From Perkinsus chesapeaki ATCC PRA-425 (Eukaryota; Protista; Perkinsozoa), in assembly GCA_013115145.1 (NCBI GenBank), contig JAAPAO010000309.1:1-40807 (forward strand): 40,807 bases of DNA. Direction: 5' to 3'. Below the pieces are notes generated by a model that was given only the letters and a program-made list of their open reading frames with translations, did not search any database and was not told where the DNA came from. The position numbers and the translations under genes were made by a program. Positions 1-10,380 of the stretch are shown one piece after another. Each line of letters begins with the position of its first letter. Position 1 is the first letter of the stretch.

Positions 1-197
1 TCCAAGCTGCCAGGGAGAAGAGTGGCCCGCCGTTGGCATCAACACCGCCGGTAAAAGCTGCCAGGGAGAAGAGTGGCCCGCCGTTGGCATCAACACCGCC
101 GGTCCAAGCTGCCAGGGAGAAGAGTGGCCCGCCGTGGGCATCAACACCGCCGGTAAAAGCTGCCAGGGAGAAGAGCGGCCCGCCGTTCGCATCACAT
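1..197 (+). repeat. 51-bp coding tandem repeat, about 3.8 copies visible
   Basis: gccagggagaagag recurs at 9, 60, 111 and 162. Confidence 0.95.
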
Positions 198-950
198 ACA
201 GCTCCAAGGACAGTTGGCTGGTTTCCACAGGTGCCGAGACGCACTGCACCTTCAGGAGCTGTCGCTAGTAAGGCTCATCCGCCGAAGAGGCAAGAAGGCC
301 ACACCAAGCCGACCGCAGCTAAGGCTTCATCCCGGACACCTTCCTCCAGGAGGAGGGCTCCTCCGCCTCCGCCACCATCGACTACACCACCAAAGGCTCC
401 GAATGCCATAGCCGCGGCGCTTAGTGGGACCTTATCACACAGCAATGCCAGGCCGTCAATTAACGATGCCCGTCCCTCTACTATTCACTATAACAGCAAC
501 CCGAGGCCCTCTCTGAACGCCAACACAAGGTCCCCACGGCAAGCCCCGCCTGCAGCTTCCCCTACCTTCTCTGACAGTGTCATACCACGGCGGGCTCACA
601 GCAGAACTCCGGACCGCGGTGGACAACAGGAGGCGCCTTATCGGAGTCCGTCCCTGAGACCACGGACATTTTCGAATCCTGGTCCTCAAGGGTCTTCCCG
701 ATATACCTTCAAGAGCCCCACCCCTCAGACCACGGCTCCGCAATTTCACTCGGGGTTGGCTGGTGACGGTGTGCCTGGCATCGCAGTTCCTTCCTTCTAC
801 TCTGAGCAGTCTCGTCGAGGCCTACCTGTATTGCGACCCAAGGAGGAGTACCGCGCGAATTGGCCACCGCCGCCTCATAGAGGACGGTCAGGAGCGATCG
901 AGATCCCGTGCAAGTTTATACCCAACCGGCCACCAGCTGATAGATCTTGA
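3..950 (+). CDS. 5'-truncated Pro/Ser/Arg-rich low-complexity protein with 17-aa tandem repeats
   Basis: The frame is open from base 3 (CAA GCT GCC...) to TGA at 948-950. The 51-bp repeats keep frame (ASTPPVKAAREKSGPPL). No domain recognised. Confidence 0.55.
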   Translation, partial: QAAREKSGPPLASTPPVKAAREKSGPPLASTPPVQAAREKSGPPWASTPPVKAAREKSGPPFASHTAPRTVGWFPQVPRRTAPSGAVASKAHPPKRQEGHTKPTAAKASSRTPSSRRRAPPPPPPSTTPPKAPNAIAAALSGTLSHSNARPSINDARPSTIHYNSNPRPSLNANTRSPRQAPPAASPTFSDSVIPRRAHSRTPDRGGQQEAPYRSPSLRPRTFSNPGPQGSSRYTFKSPTPQTTAPQFHSGLAGDGVPGIAVPSFYSEQSRRGLPVLRPKEEYRANWPPPPHRGRSGAIEIPCKFIPNRPPADRS

Positions 951-1113
951 TAATTGTACAGGCGGCCTGGCGTCTTCCGAGGGCAACGCTGAACTTCCGG
1001 GAGACGCCTGGGCTTCGCCGTTAACATTTTAGCAACGTCGAGTTTGTTATGTAACATTATTATATTACCTAGCACAGTATTGCGTTCTCAGTGTAAGGCA
1101 ATCCGTTAGTGTA

Positions 1114-2001
1114 ATGTTGCCATCTTTTGATATGCCAGATAGTGCCTCCTCTACCAATGAGCCTAGTTCCATTTATAAGCCCCCTTTGGATCGAGAACCT
1201 CTCAGTCGGTTCCTAGCGCGGCGGGAGAGGCCTCGTATATTGCCCATCCTTCCACAGGGATGTAGCTTTGGTGGTTCAGTCAGTCTCCTTATCGGTCCCC
1301 GGCTGAACACTGCTATCAAAGACCTTGTTTCCGCTATGTCGCAGCGGTGGACATCCAACACTGGCAGGGTATGTATCTTTGATTGCTCCCTGGAGTTTGT
1401 GTTCCCCAAAGGAGCCCGAGCGGGAACCCTTGTCTACTCCACGCCTAGTGTCCCATCGCTTCTAGCATCTCTCCGCCACTTCCATCGCCAGCATCTCGCT
1501 CGCCCCGAAGTGACGGTTGATATAGGTTGGTTGGTTATTATCAATGACTGGACTTGTTTGAAAAATGTTTCTGAGGCCGCTGGTGTACTCGGCACAGCTT
1601 TCCGGTATCTTGAGGAGCTCTCGCAAAGTTACGACTTCCCACTGGTCTTCACTGGACTACCGATTACTTCGAGCGGTTGGGTCCTGAACGAGATAGCTCC
1701 TTCTGATCCTAGTCCGTGGATTGTCCCTGGAAGTGGCTCCCGGCAGCTCCTAGCCAGCGGCCGATTGTGGCTGCGGGGCCGGTGCCTTGCTTGCGGTAAA
1801 GCCGCGGTGACGGTTTATGATTCAACAGGTGGCCGATCATTCCTTTTAACCGAAAGTGATGATAGCGACCATCAGGATTTTGACTTCGTTCCTATCACTA
1901 AGGGCGCCTACTGTTCCTGTAAGCCGGAACATTCTATTACCGGGGAAGAGCTCATGCCAAGCTCTACACAGTTCTTCCCAAGTGCATGGCCAAATGAATA
2001 G
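1114..2001 (+). CDS. Intronless 295-aa protein, probable RecA/Rad51-paralog-like fold with degenerate Walker A
   Basis: Motif order resembles a Rad51 core: PQGCSFGGSVSLLIGP, RVCIFDCSLEF, LVYSTPSVPSLLASL, WLVIINDW, LEELSQSYDFPLVFT. There is no GKT. Pattern recognition only. Confidence 0.5.
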   Translation: MLPSFDMPDSASSTNEPSSIYKPPLDREPLSRFLARRERPRILPILPQGCSFGGSVSLLIGPRLNTAIKDLVSAMSQRWTSNTGRVCIFDCSLEFVFPKGARAGTLVYSTPSVPSLLASLRHFHRQHLARPEVTVDIGWLVIINDWTCLKNVSEAAGVLGTAFRYLEELSQSYDFPLVFTGLPITSSGWVLNEIAPSDPSPWIVPGSGSRQLLASGRLWLRGRCLACGKAAVTVYDSTGGRSFLLTESDDSDHQDFDFVPITKGAYCSCKPEHSITGEELMPSSTQFFPSAWPNE

Positions 2002-2076
2002 TTTCGTTTCAATTAACGTAGATTTTTGAGTGTCATCCGCCTGAAAAGAGTAGTTCTTACAGGCTCGCCTTGTATA

Positions 2077-2921
2077 ATGGTCTCCTCCCTTTACGGCCAC
2101 TCGACCGGTTTCGGCCTCTCCGGTAACCGCACCAGGCGTCGCAGGCCCGAAATCAGCGAAGAGCAGAAGCAGGAGATCAAGGTAAGCTTTCATTTTCCTC
2201 TGTTGTCAGTATCCCGCGCGTAGGAGACTATTAACTTTCCTATTCTCAGGAAGCTTTCGATCTCTTCGATACTAGCCGAAGCGGTTCCATAGATTACCAC
2301 GAGCTGAAAGTGTGTATGCGCGCACTTGGATTCGATGTCAAAAAGGCTGAAGTGGTACGTTTGTAGATCGTTGCCTCTGCTCGACAGATGAGTGATGCTT
2401 TGATCAGCTGGAGCTTATGAGGGATTATGACCGTCAGCAGACTGGTTCTATTCGCTACGATGATTATCTGGAGATCAGTAAGCGGAGCGGAGGTCTGGAA
2501 GCTTTGACCACTGTTGACTTTAGTGACCACAAAATATGCGGATAGAGATCCTACCGAGGAGATGGTCAAGGCATTCAAGCTGTTCGATGATGATGGGACA
2601 GGTGCGGAAGACATTACTTTACGTGCGCGCAAGACAGGTTATTCTGCGTCAGGGCGCATATCACTAAAGAATCTTCGCCGAGTTGCCAGAGAATTGGTGA
2701 GTCTCTAACTGACGTTTAGTATTCCCAGATTCCTGGTGGAAGCTTTCCTCTTAGGGAGAGAATCTATCAGACGACGAACTTCAGGCCATGATAGACGAAT
2801 TTGATACGGACCAAGATGGAGAAAGTGAGCATCGATTGAACTGTGAAATTGAATATCCCCTGATGCTTCAGTTAACGAAGAAGAGTTCATCGCCATAATG
2901 AAACAGACTTCTTTATACTGA
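2077..2921 (+). CDS. CETN3: Centrin (EF-hand, centrin-3/Cdc31 type), spliced
   Basis: The exons join as MVSS...[11 protein letters not shown]|[35 protein letters not shown]|[23 protein letters not shown]|[26 protein letters not shown]|[15 protein letters not shown]|[23 protein letters not shown]|[20 protein letters not shown] introns include 2182-2249. Confidence 0.95.
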
Positions 2922-3124
2922 GCCCATCGATTATTGATACTATTTATTCTATTGTTTAAAGCTGATGCACGTTATTCCCTGCTAGGGTTGTGTTAGAGAA
3001 CACATGTCAACGGAAATGCTGGTAACAGCCGTGAAGAGTAAGCACTAGGACTCCTTGCATTGTTGGTGGGGTAAACCCTTGGCTGAGTTAGCCACTTATA
3101 ACAAACACAAGAGAGCAATCGATC
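2880..3124. repeat. 245-bp segmental duplication, copy A (centrin last exon plus 3' flank)
   Basis: Aligns without gaps to 7786-8030, with 11 mismatches by manual count. Confidence 0.95.
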
Positions 3125-3417
3125 CTAAGCATCAAATATTTTATACGGAACAGCAGTCACCTTGAGATAACCGACCTACCAAGCTCATTTTAGGGGGGGC
3201 ACTGTCCATTCTAGTCCATCGCAGCTATTCTATAGACATCCCTAAAGTAATATGATGACTAACTCAAAACTCACCGAGACGTAAACAGCGAACGCTGTCG
3301 GAGCTTCCAGGGGGTACATTATCAATGATGGAGGCCTTTGAGTGAAGCACCCATGCAAAGAAGTTTAGTCGGATGGGTCATTCTCTACGCTGGCCTCTGT
3401 AGCTTCCTGTTGGCTTC

Positions 3418-3834
3418 TCACGGTCCTCTGCACCTATCGAGTAGGCGAGGGATACCGCCAATAGTCAGCTTCAGATCGTCAGCATAGTCGTAGTGTCGCA
3501 TAGCAGCAAACTCGTTCTTAGTAAAGTAGAAGCCTGTGAAGTCGCGGTTGGTGACCTGTGCCTGCGGGGCATCAGCGCATGGATTATAATGCATAGGTAT
3601 ATCCTTCAACCCACGCTTGTTCCTCCACCATGGGAGGGCCCATCTCCAGTAGTTGTACTGTTGATACTCCATAAAGGTCTTATTATGAAAAGTAACCTCA
3701 TGGCGAACGTACAGTTTCTTCAAGTAGCTGCCATAAGCGATTTCGATGCAGTACTTAGCAGGCAGATGATCAATCAGGTAACCCATGCCTAACATGATAA
3801 GCAACAGATCAGAGATGATGCGAGCCGAGAACAT
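3418..3834 (-). CDS. Orphan secreted-protein family copy 1, C-terminally truncated
   Basis: Hydrophobic N-terminus followed by the core LIDHLPAKYCIEIAYGSY...PWWRNKRGLK...FYFTKNEFAAMRHYD. TGA falls where copies 2 and 4 have W. The ancestral tail ATEASVENDPSD* is out of frame and ends at 3365. Confidence 0.75.
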   Translation of the reverse strand: MFSARIISDLLLIMLGMGYLIDHLPAKYCIEIAYGSYLKKLYVRHEVTFHNKTFMEYQQYNYWRWALPWWRNKRGLKDIPMHYNPCADAPQAQVTNRDFTGFYFTKNEFAAMRHYDYADDLKLTIGGIPRLLDRCRGP

Positions 3835-3944
3835 GGGACTCCCATGATGGGAGAAGTTATGTAAGGTTTGCCTGCGAATAGAAACGAGTGACGTATCTCA
3901 GAGAGTAATAGATATATCAAAAGGCTCTGAAAACGTTGAAATAG

Positions 3945-4230
3945 CAAACTTTGCTCTACTGTCCGGCTGCTCCTCCATCGCATGTATATGACATCTGTAG
4001 GAGTAGCTGGTCGAATTGAAAACACCAATGACAAAGTCATATTTATCTGTGATGTTCATCAGCTAGAAGTACGCTAAAGGTACGTACATCCATGCCGCAG
4101 TGCTAACACTCGGTAAGACCAAATTAAAATGGAACCGGTTGCCAAGTGTTGCCAAGACGCAGTTGTGCTCGCCTGTCAATCGAGCTCCATGCAAGGGCTA
4201 AACCATAGTCATTGTGTTCTCAGTACTCAG
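3945..4230. repeat. Diverged duplicated block homologous to about 9340-9610
   Basis: Shared runs include ctactgtcc, gccgcag, ttgccaagtg, cagttgtgctc.cctgtcaatc and agctccatgcaagggctaaa. Confidence 0.8.
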
Positions 4231-4239
4231 TGTGCAGTT

Positions 4240-4780
4240 TAGATCCTGGGTGGTATGTCGGACGTTACATGTCTCATTTCAATGCTACCCTGGAAAAACG
4301 TGCACGGTGCATCTGTAGTCGACGTCCAACTCGGAGTACGAAAAAGTCCAAATCTCGTGAGGATCTTCCTTTCCCAGTTAAATCGAGGACCTAGTAGATA
4401 TAATATAGGTAGACGTATTTATTCAAGGAACCAGATGAAAATCTGATCATCAGACTGTATGCGAACTTCCGTAGAGAGGCCCGAATTCTCCGTTAAGGCC
4501 ACGTGGGCGAAATGACCAATGGTCACTGAGTCGAACCTGATAGAGAAGGAAATATTGGAATTAACATGAAGGGTGAAAGGCCACACCTGTTCCAGCTGTA
4601 GAGTCCACATAACCCTCCGAGCGTTCGACTACTACTGCAAACCAGAGCGCAAAACTGAGGTTAAGGGGGTAATGTCTCCTACTGTAGGGGGACTTGAACG
4701 AAATCCATCGTGGCACTTCATATTTTAAGTCGGGGAGACCACATCCAGATACTACTTGCCAGCGGTAAAGTTCCACAAGT
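4240..4780 (-). pseudogene. Degraded hypothetical gene, homologous to about 10130-10340
   Basis: IFIWFLE*IRLPILYLLGPRFNWERKILTRFGLF aligns with LVIWFFSEY...VLGP*FIGRRKTLTTFRLY. Both copies have stops or frame breaks. Confidence 0.35.
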
Positions 4781-5399
4781 GGTGCACCACGTCAGATTTT
4801 AAGAGGATTACAAAAAGGATCAATTGTCAACTGAGCGCACAATTAATAACGTATCAGGGAGTCCATGACAGTGACTTCCCGCTGAGATCTAAGACGGGGT
4901 TTTCCAGCAGTTCTTGGTAAAACATGTGTAGTGAACGGTGAACGTATTATCATCACAGTTTTACACCATGGCTGACTTACACGTCCCCGTGGATTGCGCG
5001 ATATGCATGTTAAATGACGCACATAGCGTTGTGGTAACGGTTTTGTGTTTGGCACTAGCGTGGTTTGGAACATGAGAGAAGCTCCGTTGTGAATGGAGTG
5101 AAGAGCCACTTAAGCTACCCACCATTGACGACGAACACAAGAGGCAGTCGATCTCAACCTTCAAATACTTTACGGGAAACGGTATCCACTCCGGTGACTA
5201 ATCTAAGCTTACGGGGAAGAGCGTTCCCGCTGCGTATTCTCGTCAAGCGCAGCTGCTTGATGAGCATCTCTGGCATGAATAATGACGGAGTAAAAGTTAC
5301 CGAGTAGGCGTTGAATAAAAGGATGGCACAAGCCATCAGAGTTCCTACGGGAACGCACTATGATTGACGACTTCGAATGAAGCACTCATGTAAAGAAGT

Positions 5400-5882
5400 C
5401 TACTCAGATAAGTCGTTCTTTACGCTAGCGTCTGTGGCATTAGAAACCACCTCGCGGATATTAGCATCCCAAGGTACTTTGCACCTAGTCAGTAGCCGAC
5501 TTGTACCACTTATAGTCAGCTCTAGCTCGTCAGGGTTATCGTAGTGACGCATAGCAGCAAACTCTTTCTTGGTGAAGTAGAAGCCCTCGAAGTCTCGGTC
5601 CATAACATAAGGCTGTGGGGCATCAGCGCATGGATTATAATGCATAGGTACATGCTTCAGCCCACGCTTGTTCCTCCACCATGGAACGAACCATCTATAG
5701 TTGTACTGCTCATATTCCATATAGGTCTCACTCCAGAAAGTAACCTCGTGGCGAACGTATAGTTTCTTCGAGTAGCTCCCATAAGCGATCTCAATGCAGT
5801 ACTTAGCAGGCAGATGATCAATCAGCTTGCCAATGCCTAGCATGGCGATCAACAGATATGAGATGGTACGTGTCGGAACCAT
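5400..5882 (-). CDS. Orphan secreted-protein family copy 2, full length (about 160 aa)
   Basis: ATG at 5882 (MVPTRTISYLLIAMLGIG), same conserved core, ending ATDASVKNDLSE*. Confidence 0.8.
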   Translation of the reverse strand: MVPTRTISYLLIAMLGIGKLIDHLPAKYCIEIAYGSYSKKLYVRHEVTFWSETYMEYEQYNYRWFVPWWRNKRGLKHVPMHYNPCADAPQPYVMDRDFEGFYFTKKEFAAMRHYDNPDELELTISGTSRLLTRCKVPWDANIREVVSNATDASVKNDLSE

Positions 5883-6705
5883 TGGAAAAAGGTTTGCCTG
5901 TGAATAGCAGAGGTCCTCTGCCAGAGGATGCTGTTCGACACCACGCATACTACACTAGCCTATTGCGTTGAGACGATTAAAAATTTTATAGTTATGCCAT
6001 AGAGACCTCTTCGTACAAATACGAGATCCCCAATGCCGCACTCTAGGGAATGGCCTAGGATTTCTCTGTTCGGCGCTGGAGGGACGAGGCGTCACGAGCG
6101 CCACCGCGAACACTAGGGAGCGCCCGCTGTCTACCAGTCTTTTTTTTCTAGTGTGTTTTAGTATCGATGCGCAATGTTCTAATGAGAAACATTTCAAGGC
6201 CTGCGCGATGAAGCTTACGCTGAGCCGATCGCCATCCTAACAAGCCATTCTTAGTGGCCGTATTGAGCTTGTAGGTTGCAAGCAAAGCCAAAGTGGTGTC
6301 CGGAGCTCTGGGCTCCGTGTCCCGACTCTGCTTGCATTCGATCCTCCACAAATCTCCCTCATTTCCATTGTATTATTGACAAGAACCTCAACGTCTTCCT
6401 GGTGTCGTGTTCTCTATAGTATGAACGCGGACCCGGGGTACCTAGACCGTTGTCTTTATAACGATATTGTAGGTCCAGGTTAAAATGAAAGCTTCGTAAA
6501 AGTTTTGTCACGGGACAGGTATGGTCGGCTTGTGACGGGCCCCAGTCAAAGTGACACAGTGGCACTATATCGAGTCCCGTGCAAGAACTAAACCGCAGTC
6601 ATTAGATGGCTGTGATGAGGTACTCACACTCCAGGCTAAAATCTGATCAACGTGAGTAGATTAGGGTGAAAGGTGATTTCGTGGCTTAACAGTGCCAATC
6701 TCAAG

Positions 6706-6810
6706 GATACTTTTGAACTCCTTGTTACCAGCGGAAGTTTTTCCTTAGACTACCGCGAGCTTAAAGCTTGTATGGGCGCATTCCGTTGTGACGCCAAAAA
6801 GGCTAAAGTG
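6706..6810 (+). pseudogene. Degenerate copy of centrin exon 2
   Basis: 105 nt, the same length as 2250-2354, with flanking AG and GT retained. DTFELLVTSGSFSLDYRELKACMGAFRCDAKKAKV is 19/35 identical to the intact exon. The EF-hand loop is broken and no intervening exons are seen. Confidence 0.85.
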
Positions 6811-7785
6811 GTATGCTATCCTCCCCCACTCTCATTCCATAGAAAAGTGATGTTTCGTCACTGTTGATTCTGCTCACTCAGCGGCCTGGCTCTACTCGCT
6901 ACGATGGTCATCTGGACTCCAGATTCTGGAGGGCAGTGAACGGGAGAGAGCTCTGAATGCTACGAATATTGGCTACGAAGTATACGGACGGAGATCTCAC
7001 TGAGGCAATTTTCGAGCGTTCAAAAACTGATGATGAGATAAGTGCGAAATGGACGTGAAGTTCACACGAAACTGAGTATTTTGCGTTAGGGTGCATATCT
7101 CTGAAGAACCTTTGCCTGGTTGCCAGGATATCGGTGAGTCTTTAACTGACCTTGAGCATTCCCGTGTCTCTGGAAAACTTCTGCCATCAAGGAGGGATTT
7201 GTCAGACGACGACACGCATAGACACGGACATCAGGCGGACATAATCCTGAGTCGGGACTTCAATGGGAGCGTCGTACACGATGTGGAGACGGAAAATAAA
7301 ATATACCAGCTTGAAGCAGTGGGACGATTCACAAGTCTAACCTTAGCTACTGGCAAGATATCACCATTGATACTCAGTGACTGCATCGATAGTAAGCTAC
7401 TATTTGATAGGAAATAGGATGACAGCCGCCTGGCGCATGCATCAACAGTTTTGATGCATGCGTTTTGATTCAAAACGGAAAAAACAGCGGATAGCACCTC
7501 ATGGTGGCCTACAGTCTGCGCCACTTCTCGAGTCTGTGGGAGGAGTTGGAACCAACGGCATTGCAACTCATTTTGGCATCATCCAATCTGTGGACAGCGC
7601 ATGGATGATGACCTTTGCCCGAATAACAGTGGCACTCCTCGAATTTTGGTCGCTGTTTTACGCTGCACACAGTATGTCGTTCTACATATGATACACAGAG
7701 TTGATACGGACGGAGGTAAAGAGAGTGAGCTTCGATAAGGATTAAGAAATGACATTTCATGTCATTTTATCTCATGTCTCACTGA

Positions 7786-8030
7786 GAAGAGTTCATCGCC
7801 ATAATGAAACAGACTTCTCTATACTGAGCTCATCGATTATTGATAGTATTTATTCTATTGTTTAAAGCTGATGCACGTTATTCCCTGCTAGGGTTGTGTT
7901 TGAGAACACATGCCAACAAAAAAGGTGCTAACAGCCGTGAAGAGTTAGCACTAGGACTCCTTGCATTGTTGGTGGGGTAAACCCTTGGCTGAGTTAGCCA
8001 CTTATAACAAACACAAGAGAGCAATCGATC
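7786..8030. repeat. 245-bp segmental duplication, copy B (orphan centrin last exon [13 protein letters not shown] to 7827, plus 3' flank)
   Basis: About 95% identical to 2880-3124. Confidence 0.95.
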
Positions 8031-8277
8031 AACCTCGTACTATTTTTTGAAGTAGCTCCCACCTGGAAAACCGATCAATAAATAAAAGTTACTCTTGCAG
8101 CCATGTCGTGCGACCATGGCAACTCCTCGATAATAAGATGAATATTCTAGTATAAAAGCTACGAGTATAAACTCAGAGAGTAGGCGTAGAAGAGTGATGG
8201 CATAAGCCGTCATAATTATCAGGCATACGCTTTACCGATGACTGTGGAATACGAGTAGAGCACTCATACCGAGGCGT

Positions 8278-8760
8278 TCAATCGGACAGGTCGTTCTCTA
8301 CATTGGCGTCCGTTGCATAAGAAACCTCTTTACGAATGTTAGCACTCTGAGGTCCTTTGCACCTAGCGAGAACGCGAAGGCTACCGCTTATAGTCAGTCT
8401 TAGCTCGTCAGGGTTATCGTAGTGGCGCATAGCAGCAAACTCGTTCTTAGTGAAGTAGAAGCCTTCGAAGTCTCGGTCCATAACATTAGGCTGTGGGGCA
8501 TCAGCACATGGATTATAATGCATAGGTATATCCTTCAACCCACGCTTATTCCTCCACCATGGGACGACCCATCTATAGTTGTACTGTTGATACTCCATAA
8601 AGGTCCTATTATGAAAAGTAACCTCATGGCGAACGTACAGTTTCTTCAAGTAGCTGCCATAAGCGATCTCGATGCAGTACTTAGCAGGTAGGTGATCAAT
8701 CAGCTTGCCAAAGCCTACCACGGCGATCAACAGGTACGAGACGATACGAGCTGTGAACAT
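8278..8760 (-). CDS. Orphan secreted-protein family copy 3, full length (160 aa)
   Basis: MFTARIVSYLLIAVVGFG signal-like N-terminus, conserved core, ending ATDANVENDLSD*. Confidence 0.8.
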   Translation of the reverse strand: MFTARIVSYLLIAVVGFGKLIDHLPAKYCIEIAYGSYLKKLYVRHEVTFHNRTFMEYQQYNYRWVVPWWRNKRGLKDIPMHYNPCADAPQPNVMDRDFEGFYFTKNEFAAMRHYDNPDELRLTISGSLRVLARCKGPQSANIRKEVSYATDANVENDLSD

Positions 8761-9339
8761 GGGGAAAAGTTTGCCTGCGAGTCGAAACGAATAATATTAT
8801 ATACAATTCATCACGTCGGCTGCGCCAATACCTAAAAGCATGTTGCTCACTCACTGGCATTTTGATGTTTGAAGCAAAAGCGGAGCTCTACGCAAATATT
8901 CTACACTCATTCTTGTTGGCTGTTAGGACGCCCCATAACCACTGAATGTGACCTGGGATCCACGCTAGAACTCCCGGAGCGCCTGTTGTCCCTTATCGTT
9001 GTTCTGCTAGGGAGACGTTGGGTGTTGTATAGAGGGCCACAGTATAGGAGGCAGCCTGTTGGGCCCGCGTAGAGTAAACTTTGCCAGTCATACTCTGCTA
9101 CTAGTAGTAACTACACCGAGTTTGTAGATTCCAGAATATATCTGAGGTGGCGGCCGGAACTTGGAGCTCCACGCCCAGATCGTGCGTATAAATGCCTAAC
9201 TACGAGCTACCTTGTTGAGTAAGGTCAAGTCTACCTTACTTTATCGCCGCGAACGGTTTGACCTTCTGTGACTTCTCGGCCTATCACCTCTCAGAGGGTG
9301 GCAAATGAATCGTAAGGCCCTGGAAACGTGGAGGGAGCA

Positions 9340-9610
9340 AAATTTGTTCTACTGTCCAATTGCTCCAGTATGGCGTGTATGTTGGATTGAATGGTCCAAC
9401 TATAACAGCAACGGCAACGTCACGTTAAAATTCGCTGTTCTTCAGGTAGGCTAATCTCTACGAATACATTCTTGCCGCAGCGCTTATAACAATTGGGACC
9501 AAACTAAGACGTAACTGATTGCCAAGTGCTGCTCAGACACAGTTGTGCTCCCCTGTCAATCAGCTCCATGCAAGGGCTAAATAGCAGTTATTGTATTCTC
9601 ACTACTCATG
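9340..9610. repeat. Diverged duplicated block homologous to 3945-4230
   Basis: Same shared sequence runs as listed for 3945-4230. Confidence 0.8.
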
Positions 9611-10129
9611 GTACAATTGAGATTCCATGCTATTTGTTCAAGCTATACTTTAATTACTTAATTTATTATAATAACACCGTGAGTGCGAGCTGTACCTCTC
9701 ATGTCCAGTTTAACTTTCGTCTTCAACGATTCTTCAAGAATAGCTTCCGCACGCTTCTATCGGCCATGGACCGTTTACTTCAGCAAGTACGTCGCAAGTT
9801 TACCGTTAGGTCCCGCTCTGGAAAACTACGTGTTTATGAGAAAGTCGTAGGTTACGACTCGCAACGTGGAGACCAAAATATAGTATTATAATCCATTACT
9901 TCCTATCACAGTTCCCATCTAGTTCGGCTTATATTTGCTGCCCGAAACAGATTGTCACACAGGGCTCGCATTCCATCGCGCCCTCCGTACGGTATATCGG
10001 GCTTTCAATGCCTCGCCTCAATGCTACTCTGGTAGAACGCCCACCTTAAGTCGACTATCAAATCGGTACCACCAAGCCCAGCGAGTTCAGTTGGCGCCAG
10101 ATTTAGGGAAAACATATGATGTGTAAAGC

Positions 10130-10380
10130 CGAAATGTCGTTAGGGTTTTCCTTCTCCCGATAAATCAGGGACCTAGTACAGTAGTATCTATACTTAGGTG
10201 AGCATATTCACTAAAGAACCAGATCACAAGACGGCCAATTAATCCAAAATGGTCATCATTATACGGTATCCAAATCGAAACTTTTCAAATTTCGAGAGAC
10301 TCTTCGGAACTCCTGGATCAGGAAGAGTCTCCTTGAAGAGTATCCGTATATGGTCTCCCATCCGTATATGGTCTCCCTTT
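10130..10380 (-). pseudogene. Degraded hypothetical gene fragment, homolog of 4240-4450, with an 18-bp tandem duplication at 10342-10377
   Basis: Shares ggacctagta and gaaccagat with the 4380-4440 region. atccgtatatggtctccc occurs twice. Confidence 0.35.

Noticed and set aside
3418-3420. Possible TGA-to-Trp or selenocysteine recoding
   Set aside because: It is a single transition followed by a frameshifting deletion. TGA is a normal stop in centrin, WRAP73 and helicase copy 2.
6870-7760. Short ORFs on both strands (7091-7417 +, 7231-7566 -)
   Set aside because: No recognisable motif, in-frame stops in the plausible spliced frames, and no consistent gene model.
10296-10331. 10-bp inverted repeat gagactcttc/gaagagtctc
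   Set aside because: Isolated, with no U-tract, target-site duplication or second copy. Too weak to call a MITE or terminator.
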